Positions 33,157-42,725 are shown, numbered from the stretch's first letter. The stretch: 64,000 nucleotides of DNA from Nitrospinales bacterium (GCA_965223345.1 CBDCWG010000012.1:352001-416000); one strand, 5' to 3'. Program-made: numbers and translations. The notes: generated by a model not told the origin, from the sequence alone.

Positions 33157-33162
33157 ATCAAA

Positions 33163-33954
33163 TCACCCCTTTTCATCGGCGGGGCGGAACGCGTCTGCCA
33201 GTTGCAGGTCGTTGGTGATGCAGCGGCGGGAAGCGAGCAGGGTCACCAGCAGGCAGGTGACGGCGGTGGCGCCGGCGATCATGTAGATGACGGCGAGCTG
33301 GTATTTGACGGCGGTCAACGGCGAGCCGCCGGCGATGATGAACCCGGTCATGATCCCCGGCAGGTGCACGAGGCCGACGGTCTTCATGGTGTCGATGGTG
33401 GGAATCAGCGCCGCCTTCACCGCCTGCCGCACCGCGTCCGCCGCGGCCTGCGATTTCGACGCCCCCAGCGCCAAAAGATTCTCGATCTGCGGCCTTTTGC
33501 CGCTCACTTCGGCGATCAGCCGGTTGAGGCTGAGCGAACTCGCCTTCATGGCGTTGCCCACGATCATGCCGCCCAGTGGAATCGCGTAGCGCGCCTCCGG
33601 CTGGATGACACCCGCCGCGTACAGCGTCGCGAACGTGCAGCCCGATCCCAGCGCGATCGCCAGAAACGCGATTTTGCGCGCATGCGGGATGCGTTTGCCC
33701 CGCCCTCCCGATACCACCCCGGCCACCGCGCACATGAACAGCAAAATGGCAAACAGGTAAAGCGGTTCCTCGATGGTCAGCACCGCTTCGAGAACGAAAC
33801 CCACCGCGATCAACTGCAGGGTGGCGCGCAGCGAACTCAAAAGCAGGTCGCGCTCGATCTTCAAATGGTGGTACCAGGAGATGGCGACGGCGGTGACCAC
33901 CAGAGCGTAAGCGAGAAACAAGGATTCGGTCTGCATGGGAAACTCCGTGCGCAT
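33163..33954 (-). CDS. UPF0014 / FetB (YbbM)-like ABC permease
   Basis: LRATLQL, IPLGGMIVGNAM and MKTVGLVHLPGIMTG motifs; multi-TM. Confidence 0.85.
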   Translation of the reverse strand: MRTEFPMQTESLFLAYALVVTAVAISWYHHLKIERDLLLSSLRATLQLIAVGFVLEAVLTIEEPLYLFAILLFMCAVAGVVSGGRGKRIPHARKIAFLAIALGSGCTFATLYAAGVIQPEARYAIPLGGMIVGNAMKASSLSLNRLIAEVSGKRPQIENLLALGASKSQAAADAVRQAVKAALIPTIDTMKTVGLVHLPGIMTGFIIAGGSPLTAVKYQLAVIYMIAGATAVTCLLVTLLASRRCITNDLQLADAFRPADEKG

Positions 33955-33972
33955 CGCGTGCGCTGCGATCTC

Positions 33973-34674
33973 TCAGTGTTTGAAAAATTTCCGCACCACC
34001 GGATCGTTTTCTTCCGCCATCAGCAGCTCAATCGGCCCCTCCGCCACGATCATTCCGTCCACCAGCAGAATCGTGTGCGCGTCGAAGCGCAGCGCCTGCG
34101 CCACATCGTGCGTGACCCAGAGCAGCGGCATGTTTTTTTCGCGGTGGATGGTGGCGATCAAGGTCTCCACGATGCCGACCGCGGTGGGGTCCAGCGCCGA
34201 GGTGGGTTCATCGAGAAGCAGCACTTTCGGGTCGTTGGCCAGCACCTGCGCCAGCGCGACGCGCTGCCGCTCGCCGACGGACAACGTGCCGACGTTGCGC
34301 TGCAGCGGGATCTTTTCCAGCCCCACTTCGCGCACCAGCGCCTGCAGGCGGTCTGCACCGAGTTTGTGCCCGTTCAGTTTCGGCCCCATTTCGATATTCT
34401 CTTTCACGGTGCGCGGCAGCAGCGAGGGCGTCTGAAACAGCAGCCCGATCTGACGGCGCAGCTGGGCGGGATCGAGCGTCTGGATGTCCACTCCATCGAG
34501 AGTGATGGTGCCCGAATCGATGGATTCCAGCCGGTTCAGGCAGCGCAGCAGGGTGGATTTCCCCGATCCGGACGGACCCAGCAGCGTGATGCGGTTTCCG
34601 GCGTCGAGCTTGAAGGAAACGCCCTTGAGGATTTCTTTGGTTTTGCGAAGATGGATCCGGTCAGCTGCGAGCAA
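33973..34674 (-). CDS. ABC transporter ATP-binding protein (FetA/YbbL-like)
   Basis: GPSGSGKST, LSVGERQR, LLLDEPT and VTHD motifs; upstream of the permease. Confidence 0.88.
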   Translation of the reverse strand: MLAADRIHLRKTKEILKGVSFKLDAGNRITLLGPSGSGKSTLLRCLNRLESIDSGTITLDGVDIQTLDPAQLRRQIGLLFQTPSLLPRTVKENIEMGPKLNGHKLGADRLQALVREVGLEKIPLQRNVGTLSVGERQRVALAQVLANDPKVLLLDEPTSALDPTAVGIVETLIATIHREKNMPLLWVTHDVAQALRFDAHTILLVDGMIVAEGPIELLMAEENDPVVRKFFKH

Positions 34675-34797
34675 AATCCCTGCCTCATGAAGGTGGACAA
34701 ATTTTTCTCATGGTAGCACAGGCGCAAACGGGGGAATGGAAATCGATGTGGAGCGAGAGTGTCCTGAGTGAGGCGTTTGGCGAGATGAACCTAGCTC

Positions 34798-35811
34798 TTA
34801 CTGCGTGTACTCGAACATGCGTTCGACGCAGCGCAGGGCCTGTTGCTGAACTTCGGGGCTCAGCTCGATGACGTTGCCGGGCTGCGGGTTTTCGAGAACC
34901 TTCAGGATGTCCTCGAGAGAGTTGGATTTCATGTAACGGCAGGTGGTGCAGCTGCCGACGAATTTGCGCTCGGGAAATTCCGACTGCAGCACGCCGGTGA
35001 GCCCGCATTCGGTGAGCAGGAAAAAGGTGTCGCCGCTCGACTGCCGCACGTGGTTGAGCATGCCGGAGGTACTGCCGACGTAATCGGCCTTGTCCACGAC
35101 GCTGGGCTGGCATTCGGGATGCACGAGGATCTCCACGCCGGAAAAGTTCCTGCGCACCTGGTCGATGCTTTCAGGCTGGTATTCCTCATGCACGTAACAG
35201 GTGCCGTCGTACACCTCGATCTGTTTGCGCACACCTTTTTTCTCCAGGTGCTTGATGACGTTTTCGCCCATCAGCCGGTCGGGGAGAAAAAAGATCTTGT
35301 CGTTGTCGATGTGCTCGATGATTTCATACACGTTGGAAGAAGTCACGCACACGTGGCACTGCGCCTTCACGGCGGCGGTGGTGTTGATGTAGCACACGAA
35401 GGTGTGGTCCGGAAACTCGGCGCGCAGCTGCTTCACATCGCCTGCTGTGATGCCGTCGGCGAGGGTGCAGCCGCCGTCCGGGTTCGGGTCGAGCACGGTC
35501 TTATCGGGATTGAGGATCTTCGCGGTCTCCGCCATGAAACGCACGGCGGCGAACACGATGACATCGGCGTTGGAATCGCGCGCGGTTTTGGACAGGCCGA
35601 AGGAATCGCCCGTGTGATCGGCCACGCCGTAAAGGATCTGCGGCGCGACGTAGTTGTGCGCCAGCACGATGGCGTTCTTTTCGCGCTTGAGCTGCTCGAT
35701 GCGGTTGATGGTGGGCATCAGCGCTTCACAGTTTTCACGCGTGAACCGGCAGACCGGGTTTCCGACCTGGATGTCCTTGAGTTTTTCGTACAGTGTTTCG
35801 GCGCTGACCAT
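34798..35811 (-). CDS. nadA: Quinolinate synthase
   Basis: LAHNY, GDSFGLS, FMAETAKILNP, GCTLAD, YINT, CYVH, HPEC and C..MK. Start placed at MVSAE, just after the HIT stop. Confidence 0.93.
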   Translation of the reverse strand: MVSAETLYEKLKDIQVGNPVCRFTRENCEALMPTINRIEQLKREKNAIVLAHNYVAPQILYGVADHTGDSFGLSKTARDSNADVIVFAAVRFMAETAKILNPDKTVLDPNPDGGCTLADGITAGDVKQLRAEFPDHTFVCYINTTAAVKAQCHVCVTSSNVYEIIEHIDNDKIFFLPDRLMGENVIKHLEKKGVRKQIEVYDGTCYVHEEYQPESIDQVRRNFSGVEILVHPECQPSVVDKADYVGSTSGMLNHVRQSSGDTFFLLTECGLTGVLQSEFPERKFVGSCTTCRYMKSNSLEDILKVLENPQPGNVIELSPEVQQQALRCVERMFEYTQ

Positions 35812-35813
35812 AC

Positions 35814-36158
35814 TCACCCCGGAGGCCACTTGAGGGCCCTGCCACCCAGCAGGTGGTAGTGAATGTGAAAGACGGATTGCCCGGCGCCTTCGCCGCAGTT
35901 GAGCACCAGCCGGTAGCCTTTTTCGCTGAGGCCGTTCTCCTTCGCCAACTGGTTGGCGACGGAAAACGCGGAACCGATCCAGCCGCCGTCGCCGCCGTCG
36001 ATCTCCCAAAGCGTCGCAACGTGCTTTTTGGGAATGATCAACAGATGCACCGGCGCCTGCGGATTGATGTCCTTGATCGCGAAAAGGGTTTCTCCGTCGT
36101 ACACCTTTTCAGATGGGATTTCTCCTTTATCGATTCGACAAAAAAGACAATTTTCCAT
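35814..36158 (-). CDS. Histidine triad (HIT/Hint) nucleotide-binding protein
   Basis: CLFC, DINPQAPVH and GQSVFHIHYHLLGG motifs. Confidence 0.93.
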   Translation of the reverse strand: MENCLFCRIDKGEIPSEKVYDGETLFAIKDINPQAPVHLLIIPKKHVATLWEIDGGDGGWIGSAFSVANQLAKENGLSEKGYRLVLNCGEGAGQSVFHIHYHLLGGRALKWPPG

Positions 36159-36342
36159 TTTTCAATGACTTGTTATCGGTGTTGGAAGTGGGAAAATGAG
36201 TCCCAAATATAGCAATTTATTGCGTCCCGATCCAAATAATAAATCACCGTGCGGGGAAGGCAGGCAGGGCGGTTGAAAACGAAAATCGATCTCGCTTAAC
36301 CGGTTGCGCGCGGGCAACGGGATGGGTTGCAGCGTGAAAGCC

Positions 36343-37806
36343 TCAGGATTTGTCGCGCGGGGGCTCGTTGTCGGACGGCAGCAGATCCATGCTTTTCAAA
36401 TATTCGCGGATCTCGCTTTTGTAGGAGATGAACGGATCGACCATGAGGAAGGGTTCTTCGTTTTTGCTGAGCCTGAAACCGATCCAGTCGATCAGGTATC
36501 CGGCGTGGGTGCCCATGAGGGCTTTGATGAGTTCGCCGCGTCCGTCGGCGCGCGTCCCTTTGGGCGGATTGGTTTTGGCGTGATCGACGGCGGCGTCGTT
36601 GCTTTTGCGGAACGCGTCGCCGTTTTCCTCCAGCCCCCAGTACAGGCCGGTCGCCCGGTTCAGGTTGTGGTACTCGAGGTCCTGACTCTTGAGCCAGGGG
36701 TCCTGCCAGTCGAGGTTTTCCTCTTTCTGGAATTCGCGCAGCAGCCAGTACTTGCTGGCCCAATCGACGCGCCCGAGCAGCGCTTCCGGGCCCTTGGGCA
36801 GGTCGTTCAGAATCGATTCCCAGTGGGTCAGAATCCAGTCGGTCTCGCGGTTCGTGCCGGCCAGGTGTTTTTTCGCGGCGGTCAGGATTTCCAGCTGCAA
36901 TTCGAGGGCGGTGCTGCGGTTGCCGTCGCGCAGGGTGATCTCCCATTTGAATTCCGGGTCGCGGGAGATCGAGCGCATGGCGCCGACGGATTCGGCGAGG
37001 ATCCACTCGCGGTTGGCGACGCCCAGCTCCATCAGTTCGAGCATCAGGGTGGTGGTGCCCATCTTCAGCGCCGAGGCGAACTCGCTCATGTTGGAATCGC
37101 CCACCAGCAGGTGGATGCGCCGGTACTTGCTGGGGTCGGACAACGGCTCGTCGCGCGTGTTGACGATGGCGCGGTTGTACTGCACCCAGCGGTAAAATTC
37201 GTTGGGGATGTGGTCGGCGCGCTGCGAGATCTGGAAGTTCACCTCCTCTTCGTCCTGCATGTCCATGGAGATGCCGTCCCAGTCGCGGAACGGATGCGGG
37301 TTGCACGCGCCGATGCGGCCGGCGCCGCAGAAGATCTGCCGCGTCACCAGAAACGCCGACAGCAGTTTCAGGTTGTCGCGCTCGTCGAACGGAAACGAGC
37401 GGCTGACGAGATAATTCTCGTGGCAGCCGAAGGTGGCGTTGGTTTCCAGATCGACGTTGTTCTTGATGATCGACACCTGATCGGCCCAGCCGAGGTCTTC
37501 CACCGCATCCTGGATCAACAGATCGCCCGCCCGGTCGTAGGTGATGAGATCCACCAGGTTGGAGCATTCGGGCGAGGCGTATTCCAGGTGCCCCATGTCG
37601 AGATACAACCGGCCGCCGTTGGACAAAAACCCGCCGTTTCCGGGCGGCTCGTCGTTGGCGCGGTAATGCAGGTCGAGCACGCCCATGCCCTTGGAGAAAA
37701 CGTGGTTCTTGATGCGGTTGGCGATCTCGACGGGGTCGTAGCGGAATTCATTGTCGCGGATCAACAACCCGTATTCGGTTTCCAGTCCGTAGATGCGTTT
37801 TTTCAT
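36343..37806 (-). CDS. pafA: Pup/UBact-protein ligase (PafA-like)
   Basis: GLETEYG, NGGRLYLDMGHLEYASPEC, KNNVD...GCHENY, QISQRADH and NTRDEP...RRIHLLVGDSN; last gene of the proteasome operon. Confidence 0.88.
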   Translation of the reverse strand: MKKRIYGLETEYGLLIRDNEFRYDPVEIANRIKNHVFSKGMGVLDLHYRANDEPPGNGGFLSNGGRLYLDMGHLEYASPECSNLVDLITYDRAGDLLIQDAVEDLGWADQVSIIKNNVDLETNATFGCHENYLVSRSFPFDERDNLKLLSAFLVTRQIFCGAGRIGACNPHPFRDWDGISMDMQDEEEVNFQISQRADHIPNEFYRWVQYNRAIVNTRDEPLSDPSKYRRIHLLVGDSNMSEFASALKMGTTTLMLELMELGVANREWILAESVGAMRSISRDPEFKWEITLRDGNRSTALELQLEILTAAKKHLAGTNRETDWILTHWESILNDLPKGPEALLGRVDWASKYWLLREFQKEENLDWQDPWLKSQDLEYHNLNRATGLYWGLEENGDAFRKSNDAAVDHAKTNPPKGTRADGRGELIKALMGTHAGYLIDWIGFRLSKNEEPFLMVDPFISYKSEIREYLKSMDLLPSDNEPPRDKS

Positions 37807-38561
37807 TATTTGGCGACCGCTTTCTTTAAAGTTTCGATTTCTTTTTCGCTGACGGGGCGGTAGATGGATTTGCGTTTGCTCTTGCGGCTGAGCACCGCCG
37901 CTTCCAGATTCCAGGCGTCGAAGGCCTCGGGAATGGTTTTCGGAAGGCCGTCGTTATCGTCCGCTTCGTCCTGGTTTTCGGCCTGCTTCTTCCCCTCTTC
38001 CCAGAGCCGGCACACTTCGGTCAACGCCTTGTCGAGGGAAAAGGTGGCGAACGGGGTTGCGGCGATCTGTTTGTCGATCCACTCCATCACCTTGTCATCG
38101 CCGGAGAGGACGCCGCCTTTGGCGAGTCGATCCCAGTAGCCGTCGTAGTTCAGGCGGAAGATCTGCGGTTTGTCGTCTGCATCCAGCTCCACCAGCAAGA
38201 GCTGGATGAGATACGGGGCGCGCTGCACCTCTTCGAAATTCTGCTTGAGCACCGGCGCGATGCCGAACTGCAGCAGGCGGCCGACGGTCACATCCTCGGC
38301 GGAGCGGTTGAAGCCTTCCAGATGCGCCATGTCGAGCAGCGTCATGCGCAGCTTTTCCACATCCGCAGGGTGGCCCAACCCGCCCATGGCAATGCGGTCG
38401 TACAGCTCGAAGATCTTTCCCGGCTGCGGTGAAAACCCGAACAGCAATGCGCCTTCGTCGTAGGGCACCGCGAACACCGGCTGTCCCTTGCGCAGCTTTT
38501 CGCGCACGTAGCTGTGACGGGTGGAAATGGCCTCAATCCAGCGGAACGGTTCTTCAAACAT
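37806..38561 (-). CDS. prcA: 20S proteasome alpha subunit
   Basis: YVREKLRKGQPV, KIFELYDRIAM and S.EDVT patterns resembling bacterial PrcA; lies between prcB and pafA; SD GGAGA before the ATG at 38561. Confidence 0.85.
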   Translation of the reverse strand: MFEEPFRWIEAISTRHSYVREKLRKGQPVFAVPYDEGALLFGFSPQPGKIFELYDRIAMGGLGHPADVEKLRMTLLDMAHLEGFNRSAEDVTVGRLLQFGIAPVLKQNFEEVQRAPYLIQLLLVELDADDKPQIFRLNYDGYWDRLAKGGVLSGDDKVMEWIDKQIAATPFATFSLDKALTEVCRLWEEGKKQAENQDEADDNDGLPKTIPEAFDAWNLEAAVLSRKSKRKSIYRPVSEKEIETLKKAVAK

Positions 38562-38613
38562 CCCGGTCTCTCCGTTCACAGCGCATCGCGTTTTGTTTTG
38601 ATTCGGTCATCGT

Positions 38614-39405
38614 TCAGCTCCGGTGCATGCTTTTCTGATACAGGTCGGCCATGTCCTTTTCTTCGATGAAGCGGTAGCCCTCTTTCGTGATGACGGCGAC
38701 GACGGGGAAGATGTTGTCTTCCGGCCGCGCTTTACCGGTGGCGGAGTCGAACTGGCCGGCGGTCTGCAACAGGCGGATGGCCAGCGTCGCGGCCTGGTTC
38801 TCGTTGCGCTTGGCGAGCGGCTTGTCGCCCCAGAGATCCTCGTGCTCCAAAATGCCGCGGATCATCGGCGAGCCGGAGCCGGTTGCGGTGTGCGTGAGAA
38901 TCTTGAACTCGGCGCCCAAAAGGTCGTAAAAATAGATGAAGGGCTTGCCCTTGCGCAGGTCGTAGCTGGCGAAGATGGGGCTCACCGCCCCGACGCCCTG
39001 CATGGCCATGCCCACGTTTTCCTTGAGCAGCTTGGACAAAGAGCGGATCTTGCCTTCGGTGCTCATCGGCTGCATCTGCGAACGGCGGTAGTATTCGAAG
39101 TTGTGGGACAGGATGCGCGCCATCTCGAACGCGGTGGCCGGCACGCCGGCGATCGCCATCAGGGAATAGTCGTCGATCGGCAGCACCTTGTCGCAGTGTT
39201 CGTACATGATGGCGTTGCCCGCGGTGGCGCGGCGGTCGCCCGCGACCAGGACGCCCTGATCGAAGTGGAACGCCAGAACGGTGGTGCCCTGCGGCACCGC
39301 GAATTTTCCGTCTCCGGGAGTGGGGTTGTTGAGTGCGGGCAGACGGTACCCGGACTTTCTCAATAACTCGAAAAAATCGCCGGGGTTGGCATCGGGGGAA
39401 ACCAT
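38614..39405 (-). CDS. prcB: 20S proteasome beta subunit with propeptide
   Basis: About 40-aa propeptide, then G|TTVLA (catalytic Thr1), AGDRRATAGN, DKV, GSGS and DSATG. Confidence 0.93.
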   Translation of the reverse strand: MVSPDANPGDFFELLRKSGYRLPALNNPTPGDGKFAVPQGTTVLAFHFDQGVLVAGDRRATAGNAIMYEHCDKVLPIDDYSLMAIAGVPATAFEMARILSHNFEYYRRSQMQPMSTEGKIRSLSKLLKENVGMAMQGVGAVSPIFASYDLRKGKPFIYFYDLLGAEFKILTHTATGSGSPMIRGILEHEDLWGDKPLAKRNENQAATLAIRLLQTAGQFDSATGKARPEDNIFPVVAVITKEGYRFIEEKDMADLYQKSMHRS

Positions 39406-39581
39406 CACTGACCGGTGCGCTGCTTGTAGCGTTCGGATTGCTTGGGGTCCACCTTTTTCATCCGTTTCAACAGACTGTCCCGGCCGGGCCGCGACACGTC
39501 CGGGCGGGAAGGCCCGCTGTCGTGCCGGTCGGGAGTGGATTCTTTCTTTTCTTCCCGTCTCAAGGGATCGTTCATATCCAT
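39405..39581 (-). CDS. ubact: Ubiquitin-like protein UBact (Pup homolog), 58 aa
   Basis: MDMNDPLRREEKKESTPDRHDSGPSRPDVSRPGRDSLLKRMKKVDPKQSERYKQRTGQ; AAGGAG SD; UBact-type C-terminus R-T-G-Q; sits at the pup position between dop and prcB. Confidence 0.9.
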   Translation of the reverse strand: MDMNDPLRREEKKESTPDRHDSGPSRPDVSRPGRDSLLKRMKKVDPKQSERYKQRTGQ

Positions 39582-41053
39582 GCGAACCGCTCCTTGTTTG
39601 AGTTGAGGATTTTCTCGACGTCGGCGGAGGTCACGACCGACGACAGATCCAGCTCGCCGCCATCGTTGAACTCCACGCCCATCCAGTGAATGCTTTTGAT
39701 GTTGTCCCGCTCGTTCTCCACCGCCATGCCCCGTACCATGGCGCGGGTGCCTTCCGGGGGTTTGTGCATCGCCTCGGTGATTTCCTCTTCCGAAAACACC
39801 TGCATCACCCGGTTCTCCTGCTGCAGCCCGCGGTACAGGCCGCGCTCGGGATTGAGGTTGTGGTATTCCAGATCGCAGCTTTTGAGCCAGGGGTCGTCCC
39901 AGCCGATGTTTTCTTCCTGCATGAACTCGGTGAACAGCTTTTCCTTGATCGCCCAGTCGATGCGGTCGGACAGTTTCTCCGGGTCGTGTTTCAATTCCTG
40001 CAGGGTGCGCCGCCACTCGCCGAGAATCCATTCGGTCTCTTTGCAGGTGCCCTGGAAATTTTTTTCCGCGCAATCGAGATAGGCTTCCTGGATCTCGATC
40101 GGCGTCAGCGTCGCCCCGGATTCCTGCCGCAGCAGCACGGTGCCGGTGCGGTCGCGCGAGACGCGTTTCACATCCTCAACCGGATCGGCGAGCGTCAGCG
40201 GCGTCCGCCATTTTTCCTCGGCGATGAGGGAAAGCACCAGCCGGGTCGTGCCGATCTTCAACAGCGTCGCGTAGGCGGACAGGTTCGCATCGCCCAGGAT
40301 CAGGTGCAGCCTGCGGAACGTTCCCGGTGTGGCGTGCGGCTCGTCGCGCGTGTTGATGATGGGGCGCTGGGTCATCGTCTCGATGCTGAGCAGCGATTCG
40401 ATGAAATCGGAACGCTGGCTGAGCTGCAGGCCGGAAAAGGGATCGCCTTTTTCGCTTCCGACTTTGCCCGCACCGGCGAACAGCTGGCGGGTGATGAGAA
40501 ACGGCGCCAGTCCCTGCACCCAGACGTCGAATTCGAGATGCCGCGGGATCAGGTAATTGTCGTGGGTGCCGTAGCTGTGGCCGCTGTAATCGGTGTTGTT
40601 CTTGAAAATCTGCACCACGTCCGCGCCCAGTTCGCGGTTGCGCACATCGGCGCACTGCTGCACGATCCGTTCGCCGGCGAGATCGTGCGCCACCAGCTGA
40701 AAGACGCTGTTGCATTCGGGCGTGGCGTATTCGGGATGCGTGTGATCGTTGTAAAACCGCGCGCCGTTGGTGAGCACCCGGTCGCTCTTCATTTCCCAGT
40801 AGCTGTAGGGCCGCTTCTTGTCCTGTTCGCAGAACTCGTCTTCCTCTTCGTCCTGCGCCAGGTGGCGCACGCGAAACCCCCTGAGATCGAGGTGGGAGTT
40901 CTCGTGCCGGTAATTCCAGGCGCGGAACACACTGGGAGCCTCACAGCCCGCCAAGAGCCGCATCGATTCCTCGACCGGATCGGAGGCCTCCACATCTTCC
41001 CGAACGATGCCAAATTCGGTCTCTATCCCCATCAGGGGAACCCGCTCACTCAT
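39572..41053 (-). CDS. dop: Pup/UBact deamidase-depupylase (Dop-like)
   Basis: GIETEFG, Dop-type VLTNGARFYNDHTHPEYATPEC, KNNTD...SYGTHDNY, LSQRSDF and RPIINTRDEPHA...RRLHLILGDAN. Confidence 0.88.
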   Translation of the reverse strand: MSERVPLMGIETEFGIVREDVEASDPVEESMRLLAGCEAPSVFRAWNYRHENSHLDLRGFRVRHLAQDEEEDEFCEQDKKRPYSYWEMKSDRVLTNGARFYNDHTHPEYATPECNSVFQLVAHDLAGERIVQQCADVRNRELGADVVQIFKNNTDYSGHSYGTHDNYLIPRHLEFDVWVQGLAPFLITRQLFAGAGKVGSEKGDPFSGLQLSQRSDFIESLLSIETMTQRPIINTRDEPHATPGTFRRLHLILGDANLSAYATLLKIGTTRLVLSLIAEEKWRTPLTLADPVEDVKRVSRDRTGTVLLRQESGATLTPIEIQEAYLDCAEKNFQGTCKETEWILGEWRRTLQELKHDPEKLSDRIDWAIKEKLFTEFMQEENIGWDDPWLKSCDLEYHNLNPERGLYRGLQQENRVMQVFSEEEITEAMHKPPEGTRAMVRGMAVENERDNIKSIHWMGVEFNDGGELDLSSVVTSADVEKILNSNKERFAWI

Positions 41054-42666
41054 ATGATCGACCGTTTCAGGGTGGCGGCGGCAGCGTGGTCGGACTGGCC
41101 GGGTTTGCGGATGCGCACCACCTGGTGCGACTCCATGTCCAACAGCTGCAGCCAGTCCTCCATGTTGGACTCGGCGGGCAGCAGGCTGCTTTCGGTGAAT
41201 TCGGTCTCAAGGCAGGTCAACAGATCGTCAACGAGGATTTTCAGCTCCTCTCCCTTGATGGCGCGTTCGATGGCGCGCTCCTTCACGCGCTTGACGATGC
41301 CTTCGATGACCGCGCCGGAGATGAAATCCTTCCAGTACAGTTTTTTGTATTCGCCGTTGCGCAGGGTGAGGACCAGCACTTCCTGGTCGCGGGTCTGCTG
41401 GAACAGTTTGTCGAGAAACGGCTGCACCATGACGTTGAAATCCGCGTGCTCCATGGGCAGGCTCTCTTTGAGATAGACTTTGAGAATGGCTTTGCAGCCG
41501 TCCCGGTCCGGCCGGCCTACTTTGATCTTGCGGTCGATCCGGCCCGGCCGGAGGATCGCAGGGTCGATCAGGTCCGGACGGTTGGTGGCCAGGATGACGA
41601 CGGTGTCGCGCAGGGACTGGATGCCGTCCATCTCGGCGCAGAACATGGGCACCAGCGTGTTGGAAATATTGAGACCGCGGCTGGCCTGCCGGGTGCCGAG
41701 CACCGACTCCGCCTCGTCGATGAAGATGAAAGGCACCTGGCCCTTTTCCTTGTAGTCGCGCGCTTTCTTGAAAATTTCGCGGATTTTCCGCTCGGATTCG
41801 CCCAGCCACATGTTGAGAATTTCCGGGCCTTTGACGTGGATGAACCGGCCTTCCAGCGTCGTGTCTTTCTTGTCGGAGAGTTTGCGGATGACTTCGGTGA
41901 GGATGGCCTTGCCGATCAGGGTCTTGCCGCAGCCCGGCGGTCCGTAGAACAAGAACCCCTTGGGCAGCTGGTACTCCATGCGGCTCAGGATGTCCTGGTG
42001 CAGGATGGGGTACTCGATCACCTTGTGCACTTCCTCGATGACGTTTTCCTGGCCGCCCACCTGCTTCCAGTCCACGGGAACGAAATCGTCTTCCACCGCG
42101 CTGCGCTGGATTTTCTTGGGCAGTTTTCCGAGAATGACTTTCTGGTTCGAATCGAGAAACACGTCCTCGCCTTCCTTCAGGGAATCGGGGTCGAGGTCCT
42201 CATGGTGCAGCACCATGGTTTCGGACGTGTTGCCCGCCCCCTTGATCAGCCACTGCCCGTCGTCCAGCCGGCCGGTGACGGTGGTCACGGGACCCTGGGT
42301 CGGCAGCGGCAGCTTCTCGATGGCGACGAACCCTTCGTTGAGCGCCACCTGATCGCCGGTCTTGAGGGATTCTTTTTCAAGGATCTCGGGTGAAACGGCC
42401 GCCTGGTATTCGGTGCCGCCGACCACAAGCCGGTACAGACCGTTCTCGCCTTTTCCGAGCACGGTGCCGATGCGGTGGGCGGGAGATTTCAGTTTCTGGA
42501 CCGCTTCTTCCAGAGTTTTGATTTTCAAGGAGAGTTGCTGATTCATCTGCTGGGAATGAAACAACGCATCCCTCAGATCGAAAACTTTTTCCTGCAGATG
42601 CGGCTGACCCGCGGTGTCTTCCAGGATCTGGTCGATGAGTTCGATGATATGGCTTTGATCTCCCAT
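41050..42666 (-). CDS. arc: Proteasome-associated AAA+ ATPase (ARC/Mpa-like)
   Basis: N-terminal coiled coil, OB-like interdomain, Walker A GPPGCGKT, VKGPEILN, Walker B FIDEAE and SRH TNRPDLIDPAILRPGRID. Confidence 0.9.
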   Translation of the reverse strand: MGDQSHIIELIDQILEDTAGQPHLQEKVFDLRDALFHSQQMNQQLSLKIKTLEEAVQKLKSPAHRIGTVLGKGENGLYRLVVGGTEYQAAVSPEILEKESLKTGDQVALNEGFVAIEKLPLPTQGPVTTVTGRLDDGQWLIKGAGNTSETMVLHHEDLDPDSLKEGEDVFLDSNQKVILGKLPKKIQRSAVEDDFVPVDWKQVGGQENVIEEVHKVIEYPILHQDILSRMEYQLPKGFLFYGPPGCGKTLIGKAILTEVIRKLSDKKDTTLEGRFIHVKGPEILNMWLGESERKIREIFKKARDYKEKGQVPFIFIDEAESVLGTRQASRGLNISNTLVPMFCAEMDGIQSLRDTVVILATNRPDLIDPAILRPGRIDRKIKVGRPDRDGCKAILKVYLKESLPMEHADFNVMVQPFLDKLFQQTRDQEVLVLTLRNGEYKKLYWKDFISGAVIEGIVKRVKERAIERAIKGEELKILVDDLLTCLETEFTESSLLPAESNMEDWLQLLDMESHQVVRIRKPGQSDHAAAATLKRSII

Positions 42667-42695
42667 TATTTATCCTTTTTTAAAGGGAATAAACA

Positions 42696-42725
42696 ATTGT
42701 ATGTCTAACAAAAAATAAAGGTCAA
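42696..42725 (-). promoter_or_regulatory. Sigma70 promoter of the proteasome operon
   Basis: Minus strand TTGACC-N18-TACAAT, 30 nt upstream of the arc ATG. Confidence 0.6.

Noticed and set aside
34798..36158. HIT-nadA as part of the proteasome operon
   Set aside because: Separated from pafA by about 185 bp containing its own AT-rich extended -10-like element; no evidence of a functional link.
39405..40073. 222-aa ORF from the track overlapping dop
   Set aside because: Only the last 58 codons (from ATG 39581, with SD) look real; the rest is an off-frame shadow of dop.
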